From the NCBI GenBank assembly GCA_964346485.1, contig CAYFUJ010000018.1, positions 1 through 34,057 of the forward strand: a stretch of DNA of 34,057 nt, given 5' to 3'. Source of the stretch: Candidatus Woesearchaeota archaeon. Its GTDB lineage: Archaea; Nanobdellota; Nanobdellia; Pacearchaeales; GW2011-AR1. This document shows positions 31,010 to 34,057 of this stretch, one piece after another (positions within the stretch are counted from its first letter, which is position 1; each line of letters starts with the position of its first letter). The notes under the pieces are model-generated. The model did no database searches and was not told the origin of the DNA. It saw only the letters and a list, made by a program, of their open reading frames with translations. Position numbers and translations under genes: made by a program.

Positions 31010-31687
31010 TTAACCTTTTTCTATTTTCCCGTCTACTAATTTTAAGGTCTTTGAAGCATATTTTGTAAGATTAAGGTCATGAGTTACAAGGATTATTGTT
31101 TTTCCTTGCTTGTTTAAGTCTGAAAATATTTTCATTATTTCCTTACCTGTTCTTGAGTCAAGATTTCCTGTTGGCTCGTCAGCAAGAATTACTTCAGGAT
31201 TGTTTGCAAGTGCACGCGCGATTGCAACTCTCTGCCTTTCTCCTCCTGAAAGCTCATTAGGAAGATGATTTTTTCTGTGTCCAAGCCCTACCTTCTTAAG
31301 AATTTCCTCAACTCTTTCTTTTTTTTCATCTTCAGAAATTCCCTGAAAAAGCATCGGAAGCATAATATTTTCTGCTGCTGTTAAAGTAGGAATCAAATTA
31401 AAAGTCTGAAAGACAAAACCTATTTTTCTTCCGCGAATCTGCGCAAGTTCTGACTCCTCGAGGTGCTCTATGTCTTCATCATCGAGATAAATTTCACCTT
31501 CTGTAGCCAAATCCAGAGCACCTATCATATTCATCATAGTTGATTTCCCAGAACCGCTCGGACCGACAATCGCGATAAAATCTCCTTCCTTAATCTCAAC
31601 ATCAATTCCATCAAGAGCTCTTATCACTTCCTCTCCCATCCTATAATGTTTCTTCACTTTTTTCAGTTCAATTATGTTTTCTTTCAT
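31010..31687 (-). CDS. ABC transporter ATP-binding protein (MacB/LolD-like)
   Basis: 225 aa. Walker A is GPSGSGKST, the signature is [15 protein letters not shown] and Walker B is [11 protein letters not shown]. Confidence 0.93.
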   Translation of the reverse strand: MKENIIELKKVKKHYRMGEEVIRALDGIDVEIKEGDFIAIVGPSGSGKSTMMNMIGALDLATEGEIYLDDEDIEHLEESELAQIRGRKIGFVFQTFNLIPTLTAAENIMLPMLFQGISEDEKKERVEEILKKVGLGHRKNHLPNELSGGERQRVAIARALANNPEVILADEPTGNLDSRTGKEIMKIFSDLNKQGKTIILVTHDLNLTKYASKTLKLVDGKIEKG

Positions 31688-32195
31688 TTGGATTAAACCT
31701 TAGAATATCCTGATTTAATTGGGGCATTGGTTTTGGAGCGATTATTGAAACCAGATTACCAGTCACTGCTCTTGCTCCAAATTCAAAATCAAATTTAAAT
31801 ACAGGAGCTTTTCCGAGACGTAATCTAGTAAGATCAATTCTTCCAGGAATAGAATCCGGCAATTCAATTTCTTTTCTAAATTTTTGATATAATTCTATTA
31901 TCTTTAGTCTTCCTTCTAAAGCGATTGTTCTAAGATTTAGAATATCCAAATTTCCTAACTCCCCTCTATTGACTAGATGTTCTGCAAGAGCATATGCTGC
32001 TTGCGATATACAAATGTGAATCCCTCTCGGAGTAAAATAATTAACAATCCCTCTTGTTACTTTTGGCTCTCTTAAATTAAATTTAAATTCCGCATCTTTG
32101 GCACCATATGTGGCACTAACCAAAGTCATATATCTTGGCAAGTATATTTGCTTTTTAAGAAATTCAAATGTGCTAGGAAGTTTTTCTTGTTTCAT
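31668..32195 (-). CDS. Hypothetical protein (175 aa), possibly hot-dog fold
   Basis: Clean ORF whose 3' end overlaps the ABC ATPase start by 20 nt. The segment RGIHICISQAAYALAEHLV followed by long beta-like segments suggests a hot-dog-type fold. This is a by-eye impression only. Confidence 0.4.
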   Translation of the reverse strand: MKQEKLPSTFEFLKKQIYLPRYMTLVSATYGAKDAEFKFNLREPKVTRGIVNYFTPRGIHICISQAAYALAEHLVNRGELGNLDILNLRTIALEGRLKIIELYQKFRKEIELPDSIPGRIDLTRLRLGKAPVFKFDFEFGARAVTGNLVSIIAPKPMPQLNQDILRFNPNERKHN

Positions 32196-32264
32196 GTTTC
32201 CGACACAGAGAAGCTTATATTTAAAATTATCTATAATAAGTTATCTACTATAAGGTGTTTTGGA

Positions 32265-33032
32265 CTATCTCTTTACAAAGATAAAGTTTCTCCCATCAAG
32301 AATTTCTTTATTTTTATAATTAAATTTGGCAAGAAAATTTTTTATTGGTTTTTCTTTTCTTGGATCTGTTATTTCTATAACTAACATTGCAGAACTTTTT
32401 TTAAGTATATCCTGCCCCCCTTTTAGCACATTCAGCTCAAAACCTTCTACATCAATTTTTATCACATCTACATCTTTGAAATTTAAATCAAGATTTTTAT
32501 AAATATTATCCAATTTTTCAATCTTGATTATTTCTTTTTTAGCACCTTCTTTTTTTTCAAGAGAAGATAATCCTTCATTGTGTGGGATAAAATATAAGAT
32601 TTTGTCTTCCTTTTTTTCTCCACATCCAACCATAACTGTTTTTATTTTATTTTTTAAATTATTTAATTTTATATTTTTTTTAATTGCTTGAAAATTTTTT
32701 CTGCTTGGTTCTATTGCTATTACCTTAGAACCTTTATTTGCTAAAATTATAGAAAATCTTCCAATATGAGCCCCAACATCTATGAATGTTCTTGGATTTA
32801 AATTTAATAGTAAGTTTGTAGTTTCTTTTTCATATAGATTTGATAAATGAGCAATGTCCATACTATTTTTTCTTGTTACAAATTTTGCCCCTTTAAGGAT
32901 AATCCTTGTCTGAGGAAACTCTATTTTTCTTTTTAATCTATACAAAAATACGGCTTTTATATATTTAAGATAATTATCTCTTATTTGAAATAGAGCTGTA
33001 AAATATTTTAATGATTCTAAAATTTTAGGCAT
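32265..33032 (-). CDS. FkbM-family SAM-dependent methyltransferase
   Basis: 255 aa. FIDVGAHIGRFSIILANKGSKVIAIEPSRKNFQAIKKNI...VIKIDVEGFELNVLKGG is the FkbM (TIGR01444-type) pattern. Confidence 0.8.
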   Translation of the reverse strand: MPKILESLKYFTALFQIRDNYLKYIKAVFLYRLKRKIEFPQTRIILKGAKFVTRKNSMDIAHLSNLYEKETTNLLLNLNPRTFIDVGAHIGRFSIILANKGSKVIAIEPSRKNFQAIKKNIKLNNLKNKIKTVMVGCGEKKEDKILYFIPHNEGLSSLEKKEGAKKEIIKIEKLDNIYKNLDLNFKDVDVIKIDVEGFELNVLKGGQDILKKSSAMLVIEITDPRKEKPIKNFLAKFNYKNKEILDGRNFIFVKR

Positions 33033-33184
33033 GAATAAAACAATTTTCTTCTCCTTTTAATAATTTCTAATTATTCTTATTCCAATAAGTTTTTTATCAA
33101 CCCTCTTTCTAAAAGATGAACAAATTATTTGGACTATGTTTAACTAATCACAAGCTTTAAAAATCCCTGTGAGAATTTATTGAT

Positions 33185-33382
33185 ATGATAATTCCTGTAA
33201 GATGTTTTTCATGCGGAAAGCCTTTGGGTCATTTATGGGAAGAGTATAAGAAAAGAGTGGCTGAAGGTGAAAAGCCGAAAAAAGTCCTTGATGAATTGGG
33301 AATTGAAAGATATTGCTGCAGGTCACTTTTCTTAGGACAAGAAGATTATATAGAACTTGTAAGCAAATTCAAAAAGAGTTAA
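33185..33382 (+). CDS. rpoN: DNA-directed RNA polymerase subunit Rpo10 (RpoN)
   Basis: 65 aa. [21 protein letters not shown]...[14 protein letters not shown] carries the Rpb10/RpoN zinc motif. Confidence 0.93.
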   Translation: MIIPVRCFSCGKPLGHLWEEYKKRVAEGEKPKKVLDELGIERYCCRSLFLGQEDYIELVSKFKKS

Positions 33383-33413
33383 TTTATTAGTAATTATGAA
33401 TAATATTTCTTAT

Positions 33414-33527
33414 GAAGACAGCACCAGTGTTTCGCATCTTTTCAGACACTAACACAGCTGGCGTAGTCGGCTTGACTTCCGAGTTCGGAAAGGGATCGGG
33501 TATGACACGACTACTATGGCCGTCTCC
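33414..33527 (-). rRNA. rrf: 5S rRNA (stand-alone, not linked to 16S/23S in this window)
   Basis: The minus strand reads GGAGACGGCCATAGTAGTCGTGTCATACCCGATCCCTTTCCGAACTCGGAAGTCAAGCCGACTACGCCAGCTG...GCTGTCTTC. It contains the conserved CCGATCCC.TTCCGAACTCGGAAGT.AAGC core. The terminal 9-bp helix I pairs, counting G:U. Confidence 0.82.
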
Positions 33528-33548
33528 AAAAATCTGAAATTTAACTAT

Positions 33549-33562
33549 CTTATAAAGCTTTT
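33549..33562 (-). promoter_or_regulatory. BRE/TATA promoter for 5S rRNA (AAAAGCTTTATAAG on minus strand)
   Basis: The TATA centre is about 26 nt upstream of the predicted 5S 5' end. Confidence 0.6.
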
Positions 33563-33750
33563 GGGTTATAGCAAATAATTAAATCCAAATACTTAAATAA
33601 TCAATATACATCATATAAGAACAGGAGCAATTAGCGGTTAAATTGCCTTTTGGTAATTTATTTAGGTCTTCAGATTCACGCTAGCTCGTACTGTTGGTTT
33701 CGCAATGAAAATTGAAAACAATACGAGCGAAATCATTTTTATCCTATTCT

Positions 33751-33764
33751 AAAGCTTTTTATAT
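33751..33764 (+). promoter_or_regulatory. BRE/TATA promoter for the tRNA cluster (AAAGCTTTTTATAT)
   Basis: The TATA centre is about 27 nt upstream of the tRNA-Leu 5' end. It carries the same AAAGCTTT-TATA consensus as the 5S promoter and several mRNA promoters in the window. Confidence 0.6.
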
Positions 33765-33786
33765 CGAAGATTTCTATGGTTTTTAT

Positions 33787-33870
33787 GCGGAGGTGCCGGA
33801 GTGGTCAAACGGGGCAGCCTCAAGAGCTGCTGGCTTAGTGCCTACCTAGGTTCGAATCCTAGTCTCCGCA
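33787..33870 (+). tRNA. tRNA-Leu (anticodon CAA)
   Basis: GCGGAGG-TG-CCGGAGTGGTCAAACGGG-GCAGC-CTCAAGA-GCTGC-TGGCTTAGTGCCTAC-CTAGG-TTCGAAT-CCTAG-TCTCCGC-A is a class II cloverleaf. Confidence 0.92.
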
Positions 33871-33883
33871 TGACCTCTCATTA

Positions 33884-33957
33884 GCCCTCGTGGCGCAACT
33901 GGATAGCGCAACGGATTCCTAATCCGTAGGTTGCAGGTTCGAATCCTGTCGAGGGCA
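33884..33957 (+). tRNA. tRNA-Arg (anticodon CCU)
   Basis: GCCCTCG-TG-GCGCAACTGGATAGCGC-A-ACGGA-TTCCTAA-TCCGT-AGGTT-GCAGG-TTCGAAT-CCTGT-CGAGGGC-A. Confidence 0.9.
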
Positions 33958-34013
33958 TAATTTTGAATATAAAGAGTAAACCTTTAAAACAACCTGTTTT
34001 TTATATTATCGAC

Positions 34014-34057
34014 GCGCTGGTAGTTCAGTGGTAGAATCTCTGCCTTCCAAGCAGATG
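34014..34057 (+). tRNA. tRNA-Gly (anticodon UCC), 5' part only; truncated by the window end
   Basis: GCGCTGG-TA-GTTCAGTGGTAGAAT-C-TCTGC-CTTCCAA-GCAGA-TG... The T arm and 3' acceptor strand are not in the window. Confidence 0.75.

Noticed and set aside
1-34057. Search for CRISPR arrays, reverse transcriptase with DGR template/variable repeat pairs, IS elements with terminal inverted repeats, and inteins in DP2 or Cdc6
   Set aside because: I saw no regularly spaced 25-40 bp repeats, no RT-like ORF and no transposase. The only recombinase is of the serine resolvase type and has no visible flanking inverted repeats. DP2 (1156 aa) and Cdc6 (403 aa) are of normal length with no intein blocks.

Overview
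This is an AT-rich archaeal chromosome segment. It is archaeal because it carries PolD DP1/DP2, Orc1/Cdc6, eL18/eL21, the Rpo3/4/10 subunits and AAAGCTTT-TATA type BRE/TATA promoters. The tiny intergenic spacers, overlapping genes and many small membrane proteins suggest a small-genome DPANN-like lineage, but that is inference only.

Three blocks of core genes are present.
(1) 1-8037, minus strand: a replication operon of orc1/cdc6, PolD small subunit, an HD phosphohydrolase, PolD large subunit and a dCTP-deaminase-like gene. It lies directly beside a textbook-looking oriC at 8.04-8.43 kb, with inverted ORB boxes around an A/T-only unwinding element.
(2) 20.9-22.1 kb: uS9, uL13, eL18.
(3) 25.3-28.6 kb: Rpo3, uS11, uS4, uS13, DUF655, Rpo4, eL21.
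Blocks 2 and 3 are normally one conserved cluster. Here they are split by a tRNA-Leu and a 991-aa heavily sequon-decorated surface protein.

The 3' end of the window carries a MacB-type ABC transporter operon, an FkbM methyltransferase, rpoN, a stand-alone 5S rRNA and a tRNA cluster (Leu, Arg, Gly).

The stretch from 8.4 to 20.9 kb is accessory-like. It holds:
- a PRC-barrel protein;
- wHTH and coiled-coil-HTH paralogues with internal tandem repeats;
- a motif-dense 335-bp non-coding region;
- an intact serine recombinase, plus a second paralogue that has lost the catalytic domain;
- an unknown two-gene operon;
- a four-gene micro-ORF cluster ending in an RHH protein;
- a split MgtE-type channel;
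- a solo Cas4-like nuclease;
- a Kazal-like secreted protein;
- CstA;
- an RRM protein;
- an EF-hand gene cassette bounded by a perfect 18-bp direct repeat.

No CRISPR array, reverse transcriptase or classical IS element was seen. All calls come from reading the sequence and the ORF track by eye; no database search was run.
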